Origin: the human T2T-CHM13v2.0 reference genome, Homo sapiens
Length of the DNA stretch: 64,000 nucleotides
Strand: one strand, 5' to 3'
Assembly (NCBI RefSeq): GCF_009914755.1
Contig: NC_060944.1
Below the pieces are notes generated by a model. It did not search any database and was not told where the DNA came from. It worked only from the letters and a program-made list of their open reading frames with translations. Numbering within the stretch: the first letter of the stretch is position 1; the number at the start of each line of letters is the position of its first letter. Positions 35,327-47,979 of the stretch are shown piece by piece. The position numbers were made by a program, and so were the translations under genes.

Positions 35327-38300
35327 AGGAACTTAACCAAAATCGCTCCGTTAGGAGGTGGTGGTGTCAGGATTCAAAGCCAGGCCATCCGGTCCCAGAG
35401 CCTGTTCTTATAGCCCTGCTCCCACCATGCTGCCCCCAGGACAACTCAGTGCAGGAAGGAGGTGCTGAGCTGTGGCGCCATGTCTAACTGGTCACCAGCG
35501 GCTTCACACAATGATTATTTTACTTGTGAATGTGCACTGAACATTGCTCTCATTTGAATCCCTCCCCTTCTCACCACTCCAGCCTGCTGAATCAGAAACT
35601 GAGGGTGCAGCCAAGAAATCTAGGTATTTACTCATTTATCTTTATTTTTTGTGGGTACATAGTAGGTATATATATTTATGGGGTACATGAGATATTTTGA
35701 TACAGGTATGTGATGCATAATAACCACATCAGGGTAAATGGAGTATTCACCACCTCCAGCATTTATTCTTTCTTTGTGTTACAAACAACCCAATTATACT
35801 CTTTTAGTTATTTTAAAATGCATACTAAATTATTATTGACTGTAGTCATGCTGTTGTGCTATCAAATACTAAATCTTATTCAGTCTAACTTTTTTACCCA
35901 TTAGCCATCCCCACTACCTTCCCAACCATTACTTTTCCTAGCCTCTGGTAACCATCATTGTACTCTCTATCTCTATAAGGTCAATTGTTTTAATTTTTTT
36001 AGCTGCCACAAATAAGTGAGAACATGCAATGTTTGTCTTTCTCTGCCTGGCTTATTTCACTTAACATAATGATGGCCAGCTCCATCCATGTTTTGCAAAT
36101 GACGCGATCTCATTCTTTTGTATGGCTGAATATCACTCTATTGTGTATAAGTACCACATATTCTTTGTCCATTCACCTGTTGGTAGACGCAGGTTGCTTC
36201 TAAATCTTGGGTATTGTGAATAGTGCTGCAATAAACATGGGAGTGCAAATATCTCTTAGATATACTAATTTCCTTTCTTTTGGGTATGTACCCAGCAGTG
36301 GGATTGCTAGGTCATGTGGTAGTTCTATTTTTAGTTTTTTGAGGAACCTCCAAACTGTTCTCTGTACTGATTATACTATTTACATTCCCACCAACAGTGT
36401 GTGAGGGTCCTCTTTTCTCCACATCCTTGCCAGCATTTGTAACTGCCTTTCTTTTGGATAAAAAACATATTAACTTTGGTGAGATGATATTTCATTTTAG
36501 CTTTGATTTGCATATCTTGGATGATCAATGATGTTGAGATATGTTCCTTCTATACCCAGTTTTTTTTTAGGGATATTTAATTTTATCAAATGCTTTTTTT
36601 TTTTAGCATCAATTGAAATGATGCTGAAATGATCATATGAATTTTTTGTCCTTCATTCTGTTTCTTTGATGTATTACATTGATTGATTTGTATATATTGA
36701 ACCATCCTTGTATCCCTGGGATAAATCCCACTTGCTCATGATGAATGATCTGTTTAATGTGTTGTTGAATTTGGTTTGCTAGTATTTGGTTGAGGATTTT
36801 TTGCATTAGTGTTCATCGTGAATATTGGCCTGTTGTTAAATTTTTTTGATATGTCTTTGTCTGGTTTTGGTATCAGGGTAATACTGGCCTCACAGAATAA
36901 TTTTGAAAGTATTCCCTCCTCTATTTTTTGGAATAGTTTGATTAGGATTGATATTAGTTTTTTAAATGTTTGGTAAAATTCAGTAGTGAAGTCATTGGGT
37001 CCCAGGCTTTTCTTTGCTGAGATACTTTTTATTATGGCTTTTATTTCATTACTTGTTATTTATCTGTTCAGGTTTTGGATTTCTTTATGGTTCAATCTTG
37101 GTAGGTTGTATGTGTCTAGGAATTCATCCATTTCTTACAGGTTTTCCAATTTATTGATATATAGTTGTTCATAGTAGCCTCTAATAATCCTTTGAATTTA
37201 CGTGGTATCAGTTGCAATGTCTCCTTTTTCATCTCGGATTTTATTTATTTGAGTCTTCTATCTTTTTTCTTAGTTGGGTTAAAGGTTTGTTGATTTTGTT
37301 TATCTTTTCAAAAAATCAACTTTTCCTTTTGTTGATCTTTTGTATTTTTTAAATTTAAATTTCATTTATTTCTGCTCTGATTTTTATGATTTCTTTTCTT
37401 CTAATTTTGGATTTTGTTTACTCTTGCTTTTCTATTTATTTAAGATTCATCATTAGGTTGTTTATTTGAAGTTTTTCTACTTTTTTGATGTACATGCTTA
37501 TTGTGACAAACTTTCCTCTTAGTACTGCTTTCACTGTATCGCATAGTTTTTGGCATGTTGCGTTTCCATCCTCATTTGTTTCAAGAAATTCTTAAATTTT
37601 GTGCTTAATTTCTTTGTGGACCCACTGGTCATTGAGGAGCACATTGTTTAATTTCCATATGTTTATATGATTTCCAAAATTATTGTTGTTATTGATTTGT
37701 AGTTTTATTCCGTTGTGGCCAGAGAAGATATTTGATATAATTTCAATGTTTTTCAATGTTTTAAGACTTGTTTTGTGGTCTAATATATGGCTTATCCTTG
37801 AGAATGATCCATGTGCTGAGGAGAAAAATGTGCATTCTGCAGCCATTGGATGAAATGTTCTGTAAATATCTATTAGGTCCATTTGGTCTATAGTTCAGAT
37901 TAAGTCCAATTTATCTTTGCAGATTTTCTGTCTGGGTGATCTGTCCAATGCTGAGAGTGGCGTGTTGAAGTCTTCAGCTATTAATGCATCGGGATCTGTC
38001 TTTCTCTTTAGCTCTAATAATATTTGCTTTACATATCTGGGTGCTTCAGTGTTGGGTGCATATATATATTTAGAATTGTTATGTCTTTTTGCTGAATTGA
38101 CCTCTTTATAAATATATAATAATGTTCTTTGTCTTTTTTTATAGTTTTGGTCTTGAACTCTATTTTTTCTCACATGAGAACAGCTACTCCTGCTCTTTTT
38201 AAGTTTCCATCGGCATGGAATACATTTTTCCATCCCTTTATTTTTAGTCTATGTGTGTCTATAGCTGAAGTGTGTTTCTTGTAGGCAACAGATAGTTGGA

Positions 38301-39597
38301 TCTTGTTTTTTAATCCATTCAGCTACTCTATGTATTTTTATTGGATAATTTAGTTCATTTACATTCAATGTTATTATTGATAAGTAAGGACTTACTTCTT
38401 CTATTTTGCTATTTGTTTTATGATTGTTTTGTGGTCTTCTCTTTCTTCTTTCCTTCTTTCCAGTCGTCCTTTTAGTCAAGGTGATTTTCTCAGGTGATGT
38501 TTTAATTTCTTGATTTTTATTTTTTTGTGTATCTGTTGTATTTTTTTTTATTTGAGGTTACCATGAGGCTTACGAATAATATCTTATAACACATTATTTT
38601 AAACTGATGACAACTTAATGCTGATTGCATAAAGCAAACAAGCAAAGGGAAAAACTAATAAAATCTCTACACTTTAACTTCATCCCCTCACTTTTTAACT
38701 TTTTGTTGTTTCTATTTATATCTTATTATACTGTTTATGTCTTGAAAAGTTGTTATTTTTGATAGGACCAGTTTTAGCCTTTCTACTCAAGATATGAGTA
38801 GTTTATATACCACAATTACAATATTATAATATTCTGTGTTTCTGTGTACTTAGTATTACCAGGGAGTTTTTTTATTGGTTTGTTTTCTTTTCTTTTACCT
38901 TTAAATGAGTTCTTATTGGCCATTAATGTTTTTTTCTTTCAGATTGGAAGACTCCCTTTAGCATTTCTTGTAGGACATGTCTGGTGTTGATGAAATCCCT
39001 CAGCTTTTTCTTTTCTTTTCTTTTTTTGGTCTGGGGAGCCTTTATTTTTTCTCTATGTTTGAAGGATACCTTAACTGGGTATACTATTCTAGAATGAAAG
39101 TTTTTATTTCAGCCCTTTAAATATGTCATGCCACTCTCCTGGCCTGTAAGGTTTCCACTGAGAAGTCTGCTGCCAGACGTATTGGAGCTTTTCTGTATAT
39201 TATTTGTTTATTTCTCTTGCTGCTTTTAGGATTCTTTCTTTACCCTTGACCTTTGGAAGTCTGATTATTAAATGTCTTTGGGTAGTCTTTTTTGGGTTAA
39301 ATCGGCTTGGTGTTCTATAACCTTCTTGTACTTGAATACTAGCATCTTTCTCTAGGTTTGGAAAATTCTCTATTATTATTCATTTGAAGAAACATTCTAT
39401 CCAAATTTCTCTCTCTACTTCCTTTCTAAGGTCAATAACTCTTAGATTTGCCCTTTTGAGGCTATTTTCCAGATCTTGTAGGCAGGCTTCATTTTAAAAA
39501 AATTCTTTCTGTTTGTCTCCTCTGTGTATCTTCAAATAGTCTGTCATCAGGCTCACTAATTCTTCCGCTTGATCAATTCTGCTGTTTATAGACTCTG

Positions 39598-39952
39598 GGC
39601 TGGGTGTGGCAGCTCCTGCCTGTAATCCTAGCACTTTGGGAGGGTGGAGCAAGTGGATTGCTTGAGCCAAGGAGTTTGAAACCAGCCTGGGCAACAAGGC
39701 AAAACCCTGTCTCTACAAAACAAACAACAACAAAAAATTAGCCCACTGTGGTGCACACCTGTAGTCTCAGCTACTCAGGAGGCTGAGTGGGGAGGATGAC
39801 TTGAGCCCAGGAGGTCAACGCTGCAGTGAGCCATGATTGCACCACTACAATCATGGGTGACAGAGAGAGACCCTGTCTCAAAAGAGAGAGAGAGCCTGGG
39901 TGACAGAGCAAGACCCTGTCTCAAAAAAGAGAGAAAGAGAGAGGAAGGGAGG

Positions 39953-39988
<36 letters not shown>
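39598..39988 (+). mobile_element. AluJ-like element with a duplicated 3' end and GA-rich microsatellite tail
   Basis: gggtgacagag..agaccctgtctcaaaa occurs twice, followed by (GA)n to 39988. Confidence 0.88.
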
Positions 39989-39991
<3 letters not shown>

Positions 39992-42226
39992 TGGCTTTGA
40001 TGCATTCTTCAGTATGTCAATTGCATTTTTCAGCCCCAGAATTTCTGCTTAATTCTTTTTAATTATTTCAATCTCTTTGTTCAATTTATCTGATGGGATT
40101 CTGAATTCCTTGTCTGTGTTATCTTGGATTTCATTGAGCTTCCTCAGAACAGCTGTTTGAATTCTCTGAAAGGTCACATATCTCTGTATCTCCAGGATTA
40201 ATTGTTCGTGCCTTATTTATTTTCATTTGGTGAGGTCATGTTTTCCTGGATGGTCTTGATGCTTGTGGATGTTTGTTGGTGGCTAGGCATTAAAGAGTTA
40301 GGTATTGATCATAGTTTTTGTGGTCTGGGCTTGCTTTTACCCTTTCTTCTTGAGAAGGCTTTCCAAGTATTCAAAGGGGCTTGGGTGTTGTGATCTAAGT
40401 CTTTGGTCACTGCAACCATATCTGCTTTAGCGGCACCCCAAACTCAGTAGTGCTGTGGCTCTTGCAGACTTATAGAAGTACTGCCTTGGTTGTCTTGGGT
40501 AAGATCCAGGAGAATTCTTTGGATTATCAGGCAGAGACTTTTGTTCTTTTTTTTTTTTGCTTTCCCCTAAACAAATGGAGTCTCTCTCCCAGTGCTGAGC
40601 TGCCTGGAGCTGGGGGTGGGATGACACAAGCACCGCCGTGACCACCACAACAGGGACTACACTGGGTCAGACCCAAAGCCAGCACAGCACTGGGTCTTGC
40701 CCAAGGCCTGCTGTGACCACTGCCTGGTTACTACCAATGTTCACTTAGGGCCCCAGGGACTCCACAATCAGCAGGTGGCAAATCCAGCCAGGCTTGTGTC
40801 CCTCACTTCAGAGCAATGAGTTCCCCAAGCCTGGGACCAGCAGACATGCTGTCTGGGAGCTGGGGCCTAGAGTTGGGGACCTTAGGAATCTACCTGGTGC
40901 TCTATTCTACTGTGGCTGAGCTGGCACCAAAGCCCAAGACAAAGTCCTTCCCACCTTTCTCTTTTCTTTCCTCAAGCAGAGGAGTCTTTTCTTATGGCCA
41001 CCATTACCACAGGCCCATGGTAAATAGTGTCTGGCTATTGCTGATGGTCACTCAAGACCCAAGGGCTCTCCAGTCAGTGTGTGGTGAATGCTGTCAGTCC
41101 TGAGACTCTCCTTTCAGGGCAGTGGGCCCCCCTCTGGCCCAGAGCAGGTCCAGAAATTCTGCCTAAGGGCAAAGGCCTAGAATCAGCAGGCCCAGGAGCC
41201 TACTTGGTTCTCTACTCCACTGTGGTGGAGCTGCAAGAAAAACTCCCGTTTGCTCTTGCCTCCTTTTCTCAAGCTGAAATAGGCTTTCCTCATAGCCACC
41301 ACAGTTGGCAATATGCTGATTTACACCTGAAGCCAGTATGGCTCTGAGTTTCACCCAAGGCCTGTGGCGAGTACTGCCTGGCTACCACTGCCAATTATTC
41401 AGGGTTCAAGGGCTCTTTAGTCAGCAGGTCATAAATCTTGTCAAGACTGGGTCCTTCCCTTGAAGGTGTTTAAGGTCTGGGCTGTGTCTAGAAATGTCAT
41501 CTGGGAGCTAGGGCCTGGAATGCCTATTGCCTTATCTACTGTGGCTGAGCTGGTGTCCACGTTGCAAGACAAAGTCCTCCTCACTCTCCCCTCTCCTCTC
41601 CTCAAGCAGAGAGAAGGAATCTCTCCTGGAGTTAGCTTCTCTGCCTGGGGTTGAGGGAGGACATGCAAATACTCCCTCAGCTGTTGCCTCCCTAAGTCAT
41701 GTGCACACCAAGTCCACTGACTCCAAGCCTAGCACAGCATCAAGACTTGCCCAGGAATTGCAGTCCTTGTGGCTCAGACTGCCTTTCAAGTTTATTTAGA
41801 GCCCGGAGCAATTTAGTCCACAGTAGCGAGGCTTGCTGGAACTCAGGTTCCAACCGCTGGGATGGGCGATTCTCCTCTGGCTAGGGCTGGTCTAAAAGCT
41901 GTCTCCATAAATGTCAGCTGATTGCTGCCCAGTGTTGCTTTGCACTGTGATAGGGCAGCGCTGAGTTTCAATGCAAAGTGCCATAATCACTGCACTCTCC
42001 CTCCTCTAAGTGCACAGATTCTCTCTCCGCACCATGTGGCTACTGCCAGGGGATAGAGGACGGGTGATAAAGGCAACTCAAGACTGTCTTTCCTACCCTC
42101 TTCAGTGCCTCTTTCCTTAATATGATGTTTAAACCAGGTATTGTGATCATTTACCTGATTTTTGGTTTTTATGAAGATGACTTTTTGTGTAGATAGTTGT
42201 TCAATTTGGTGTTCCTCTGTTGGGTG

Positions 42227-43263
42227 TGTAAAAAGTAAAGTAGAGGTTCCTCTTCCAAGACTTTCCTCCCCATTTAACTAGTAATAAATAGTGACTTATC
42301 TTAGAAGCAAAATTTATTCAAAGACCTGTGCTAACATTTTTAAATATCTGCTAGCCGAAAAATTACTTCTCTTAGAAGGTCAAACAAAGCAATTAAGTTA
42401 AAACATATTAAACAAGTTTGAAGAGGAATTATGAAATAAAAAGAGGGGGAATTATAAAAAGTAAAGTAGAGGGTCCTCTTCCAAGACTTTCCTCCCCATT
42501 TAACTAGGAATAAATAGTGACTTCTCTTAGAAGCAAAATTTATTCAAAGACCTGTGCTAACATTTTTAAATATCTGCTAGCCGAAAAATTACTTCTCTTA
42601 GAAGGTCAAACAAAGCAATTTAGTTAAAACATATTAAACAAGTTTGAAGAGGAATTATGAAATAAAAAGAGGGGGAATTATAAAAAGTAAAGTAGAGGGT
42701 CCTCTTCAAAGACTTTCCTCCCCATTTAATTAGGAATAAATAGTAACTTCTCTTAGAAGCAAAATTTATTCAAAGACCTGTGCTAACATTCTTAAATATC
42801 TGCTAGCTGTGATAAATAAATCGATGCACTTTATGTTCTTAGCTCCCACAATTTAGCCTAAATATGCTGGCATGCTTATTCTGATCCAAGCAAGCATTAG
42901 CTCATAGCCTGTTCCTCTTCCTTATTTGAAGGTGTTTTTACCTTTCTCAGCATTCCACAAGTTACTTCCTCCTTCCTTTGTTCTCCTCTGCCTTTGCCTC
43001 TTTTAAAAAGTTCTAAGTTGCTAGCCAATCGGGACAAATACAGACTGTGAGGTCCCGTTCCAGCCAATGAAAACCAGACACAGCAGTAGGGTGGATGCAT
43101 CAGATTATAAATAACGCTATCTCCTTTGTTCGGTGTACTCTCGTGGCAAAACTGCTGGTGAGTGTACCCTTTCTGCAGAAAGTAAAAATGGCCTTGATGA
43201 GTAACTTAAATTTATGTTCAAGTGCTATTTCTTTATGCTACTGGGGAACAAGCATTTCAAACA
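42227..43263 (+). mobile_element. ERV1 LTR10-type (LTR10C-like) remnant with a 226-bp tandem array at its 5' end
   Basis: TG...CA ends; 4-bp TSD GGTG at 42223-42226 and 43264-43267; taaaaagtaaagtagagg recurs at 42229, 42455 and 42681. Confidence 0.8.
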
Positions 43264-43437
43264 GGTGGGGGAACGATTGCTGGAGACTTCTATTTGGCCA
43301 TCTTGCTTTGCCCCCTCTTTCCAGAAATCTAGGTGTTAACAAGCCTCCAGCTAATAGTAATGTGCCTAAATTTTGAGAGCCACTGCTTTAGTCTATTCCG
43401 AATAGGAGAGTGGCAAGCATCACATGTCTGAGTCTAC

Positions 43438-43570
43438 CAGTGGTCTCAATCTAAGCTACATATTACAGCCACCTGGGGAAGTTTTGAAAATCCTGGTGCC
43501 CAGGCTGCATCCAAAGCCAGTGAAATTTCGTAGGTGGCTCTGATGATCAGCTGAGGCTGAGAACCACAGG
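43438..43570. mobile_element. MER5A-family MITE
   Basis: Termini cagtggtctcaa and tgagaaccacag. Confidence 0.6.
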
Positions 43571-43844
43571 TGTACTAGATTTTACATTGTGCCTTCCACC
43601 TTATAAAGCTCTTCGATCATGCCCTTCTTCCTTAAAGCCATAAGGATAATGCACATGGGAACGGTATCTTGCATTTGAAAATGCTCTAGCAGATGTTACT
43701 TTTTTTTCTGGAACAGATGTGTGCCAGAGAAGATTCTTCACCACTGCACAGATGAAGCCACCTAGAAGGCAACTGACTTGCTCAAGATCAAAGAAAGTGA
43801 CTGGGCCATGGCTCAAAACTAAGAATCCTGGGACTCACTAATTT

Positions 43845-44200
43845 GTTTGTTCATTCATTCATTTATTCAACAGTCTATATTGGCGACTGTGCTAGTTTCT
43901 GGACACATACGGACAAATGTCACTGAGCCCTGACGAAAGGATTTACAGTCTGCTGAGAAAATGGATGGACAGACAGACACACAGCCACAACAATGTGGAG
44001 AGTGCTTACATACAGGTGGCAACAAGGTCTCCTGAGATGATCCAGCAAGAATTCCCAAGCCTTTGGTGGAAGGGATAGCTGAGGAGAGTTTCCAGGGAAG
44101 CTTGGTTGGTGGTCTGGGACATGTAGGAGATGTCCAGGCAACACCAGACAGCTTATATCAAGGTGTACCTAGAGAACAAACCTGGAGAAGCAGAGTGTTC
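43845..44200 (-). mobile_element. L2 3' fragment
   Basis: Begins with the L2 tail ttcattcattcatttattcaaca. Confidence 0.55.
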
Positions 44201-45429
44201 TGAGAATCTCAAGGAAGGCCTAGTACCCAGACATAATGCCCCATTCAAGACCTTGCAAGTCTTTTTCATCGTAGTCTTATTGTCCATTAACAGGTTATTC
44301 AGTTACATTGGAGCAGTATCTGAGGGCAAAGCCAGCACTCCAGACCCTGCACCATTTTTGGTGGTATTCCAGAGAAAATGGGATTTGGTCTAGGGGTCTT
44401 GTCTTCCTTTTCTGGGCCAAGCACAGGGATAGGCTTTGCCTTCTCTGTGGTATAATAAATGGGGTAGAACCCAAGGAAATTGTTGGTGGGGGTTGCTCGG
44501 TATGTGAAGTGGGAAACTTTATGCCCCAGAGCTCAGCATTACCAGAACCAGGTCTGGCTTCCGTCCTGTGCAAGTTATTAGAGGCCTGACCCTTTCAAGC
44601 CATTTGACCTCTGCATCTCTCATATTTGTACGGCGGCTATGCCTCCCTCATTGGGTTGCTGTGAGGCTTCAAGACAATAATTTATGTGAACAGGAACAGC
44701 GAGATACCAGCTGCTTCACTGATGCTGTCACAGTGGAGGGAAGTAGGGGGCTGGAAGTGGACGACTGTGCTCGCTATGGCTGTGTTCTCTCCAAACCCTT
44801 GACTCCAGACATGTGTTTCACTAGCTGTGGGCTGAGGGCAGATCAGGAGTGAGAGAGCATGAGAGGGGCCTGCTGGGACTCCCTGGCCTTGCAACTCTAT
44901 TCAGTTTTTGGTTTTCTTTCTGGCACACATTGATGCAAGTGTTGCTGCTCAACAAGGAAACAGAAATACCTCGTGGATAACTGACGGCAAATAATGTTCT
45001 CCTCACATTTCTTACTACCTCCTGAAGAGGGCTGCTTCTGTATGAGGACATGGAAAGAGGAAGCCCTCCCTGCCCAGAGGTGGATCCCAGAGGGAGCCAA
45101 GCAGTGGCTGTGCTTTGATTGGAGAGTGACGACCCTGTGCATAATCATTGATCCCCCCAACTCCGGCACCCATTTGGCTCCACCTAGAGTGGGGTCAATT
45201 TCCTTACACAGGCTGCTTCAGATGCCCCTCTTTCCCCAAGATGATGATCACCCATTTTAGCAAACTCACCACTCTGAAAATCAGTCCTTATTAACAAGAA
45301 TAACAGACTGTATTTTGGCATTTTGGGGTCAACAATATGGAAGAGAGTAAAAATATGGAGAAAAATCTCTGGATATCCAGGAATGTAGGATTACAAACTG
45401 CTATGATAAATGACTTAAAAGATTACTTT

Positions 45430-45750
45430 AAAGCTTTTTATTTGAAAACAATTTCAAACTTGCAGAAAAGTTTCAAGAATAGTACAAAATATATCCTGTG
45501 TACTTTATTCAGATTTGCCTATTGCTAACATTTTCCTACATTTATTATTTCTTTCCACCCCCTTTGCATATATACATTTTTTCCTGAACCCATTCAAGGA
45601 TAAATTACCTTCATACTTGAGAGTAATTTACACATCTCATGGTTACTTACCCCTAAATACCTTAATGTGTATTTCCTAAGATTAGGGACCTCCTTTTACT
45701 TAACTATTGCATGATTGTCAACTTCAGGAAGTTTCATGTTCTTTAATTTA
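45430..45750 (-). mobile_element. L1MC/MD/ME-type 3' fragment
   Basis: tttatttgaaaacaatttcaaacttgcagaaaagtt...aatagtaca; ttacccctaaatac. Confidence 0.6.
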
Positions 45751-45759
45751 TTGTCTGTA

Positions 45760-46590
45760 AGGTGTGTAAGAACAGTAAAATGTGTGTTTCTTTTTTTTTA
45801 GTAAAAGGGTATATGAAGGCATGGAAATGTAAACTTTTGCTGAGGGTTAAAGGATTGTTTTAAGTTAGATAAGGAAAGCTGAAGGTTCAAAAAAGTGGTG
45901 GAAAAATTGTGAAAATTAATCTTACAGAAGAGGTTCTCTGTGTGAACATGTTGACTAAATTCAAAAGGGTTATAAGGTTTTTGCTTCTTTAAAATTTCTG
46001 AGTCGTGATTTTGGCAAAATAAATAACTTGTGGTAATCTGTAATTCCCAAAATCAAACTTCATTTTCAAAATTGTCTTCCCTGGCACCTGGCTTTTCAAA
46101 TACTTCAGAAGGCCCCCGAAATGTCCAGAAAAGAGAGGTAAACAGGATTATTTGACATGTTCAGGTACATGGGATTGCCAAAATGATGCTCAATCTTCTT
46201 TAGGTTACATTTTTGTGAATAATACTAATATATATTCTGAAATTTTATAGGATTTCTAAAATTCTAATGTCTAAGTATATGTTACCAATTACAATTATAG
46301 TTAAGTTATTGTAAACCACAGAAATAACTAAAAGGCATACGCCGTATATGACTTTGTAACTTTACTTCATCCTCTTCATTTACATAGGGTGTGCCCCAAG
46401 TAGAGGGTAGTTAAACTCACGAAAACTCTGTAACAGGGCCTTTGAGCTCCTACGCTCAGGCCTGCTCCCACACTGTGGAGTGTACTTTCATTTTCAATAA
46501 AACCCTTCATTCCTTCCTTGCTTTGTTTGTGAGTTGTGTCCAATTCTTTGTTCAAGAAGCCAAGAACCTGGACATCCTCCATCATTAACA
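45760..46590 (+). mobile_element. ERV1 MER4-group internal fragment plus partial LTR (MER51-like, about 46330-46590)
   Basis: gagtgtactttcattttcaataaa...ccaagaacctggaca...taaca is an LTR 3' end. Confidence 0.65.
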
Positions 46591-46749
46591 TATTGACTAT
46601 TTCTTGCAGCTGGAGTCCATTTCCACTCCAGTTTGCCCTCTGCACACGCATATACACACCCCGGCCCTGCACATGATGCTGCTGCCACTGCTGCCACTCC
46701 TACCAGTGTTTCATAGCTGCTGTGTCTTGTGCTCCGTTTCTTTCCTCAT

Positions 46750-47250
46750 CAATTGATTGTCTAACTTAGTGGCTTAAAATACAACCATTAATTATTTCTC
46801 ACATTTCTGTGGGTTGGCAATCTTGGTAGTTTTTCTGCTGGTCTCATCTGGGTATACACACATGACTGTTGTCATCTTATGATTAAGCTGGGCTGAAGAG
46901 TCCAAGATGCCCTCACTCACACATCTGGCTGTTGGCGGGATGCCTCAGTTCTCTAAATGGCCGCTAATCATCCAGGAGGCCAGCATGGGCTTCCTCACAG
47001 CATGGCAGTCTCAGGTTTCCAAGAAGTTGAAGATGGAAGCTACAAGGTCTCTTAAGGCCTAGACTCATGAAACCACACACATCACTTCCATGATATTTTA
47101 TTGGTTAAAATAATAGACAAAGCCAGCCCATATGCAAGGAGGTACAGAAATAAACTCCAAGGGTGAAGTCTTGATGGGAGGGAGAGCAATGCAATATTGT
47201 AAATGGGCATGGACTCATCAGGGGCCATTATTATAATGATCTACCGTACC
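46750..47250 (-). mobile_element. MLT1 MaLR LTR
   Basis: aacttagtggcttaaa...tccaagatgccctcactcacacatctggc. Confidence 0.6.
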
Positions 47251-47979
47251 CCATGATCTGGTGAGCAAGAATTAACCAAAACATGCCCCAATAGGAAAAA
47301 AGCAAGCCTCTCTCAACTACAGCACTGGCATGTCAGCTAGTGATCTTTGGTGGCAAACAACAGAAATAGACTGTAGCCAACTTAAACAGAACAGCCTTCC
47401 ATGAGAAGGGCGTCAGAAAGCTCACAGGCTTGGTGGAGGAGTTTTGCAATGAGACCTCAAAAGCATCAGGAACAGGGCAGCTCTGGGGGTGGGGAGCAGT
47501 CTCTGAAGCAGGGATTGATGGACAGCCATTTGAGGGGACTACCATGGGAACGACTTTATTTTTGCTGACATTTTTTTTTTTGGTCTTTTTGTCATTTGGC
47601 TCAAGATTCAGATTTCTTGGGGAGCACTGGCCTGACTTGGGACATGTTTCCAGGGCTTCGGTGGGTAAGTGGGCAGGAAACTTGATTGATAGGACCATGT
47701 GGGGTGGGGAGAAGGGAGCACCCCAAAGGAGAAGATAGGCACTGTGGCAAAAAGTGGAGGAGGTGCTAGGCAGGCAACAATGCCCACTGTCTCCTGATGT
47801 CCAGCCTGTTCCTGGGGGTGCTCACTTGGATCTCTGGGGTCTGATAGTGATTTAGGAGCGATCACCTAAATCTAACTCAATGCCTCTGCTTTCACCCGAT
47901 GAATGAAAACAATCATTAAAAAACATTTTTCCCTCCTACATGCAAATGTAATTTTAGGTTAATTTTGTCACACTGGACC

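Larger units (their letters stand above)
35626..43322 (-). mobile_element. L1MA2/3-type LINE-1 with both ends and an internal deletion near 36540; hosts an Alu and an LTR; inserted in a MER5A
   Basis: 3' end tacatagtaggtatatatatttatggggtacatgaga; ORF2 EN fragments at 37592-38479; 5' end ctatttggccatcttgc at about 43290-43315; TSD agaaatctaggt at 35614-35625 and 43323-43334. Confidence 0.88.
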
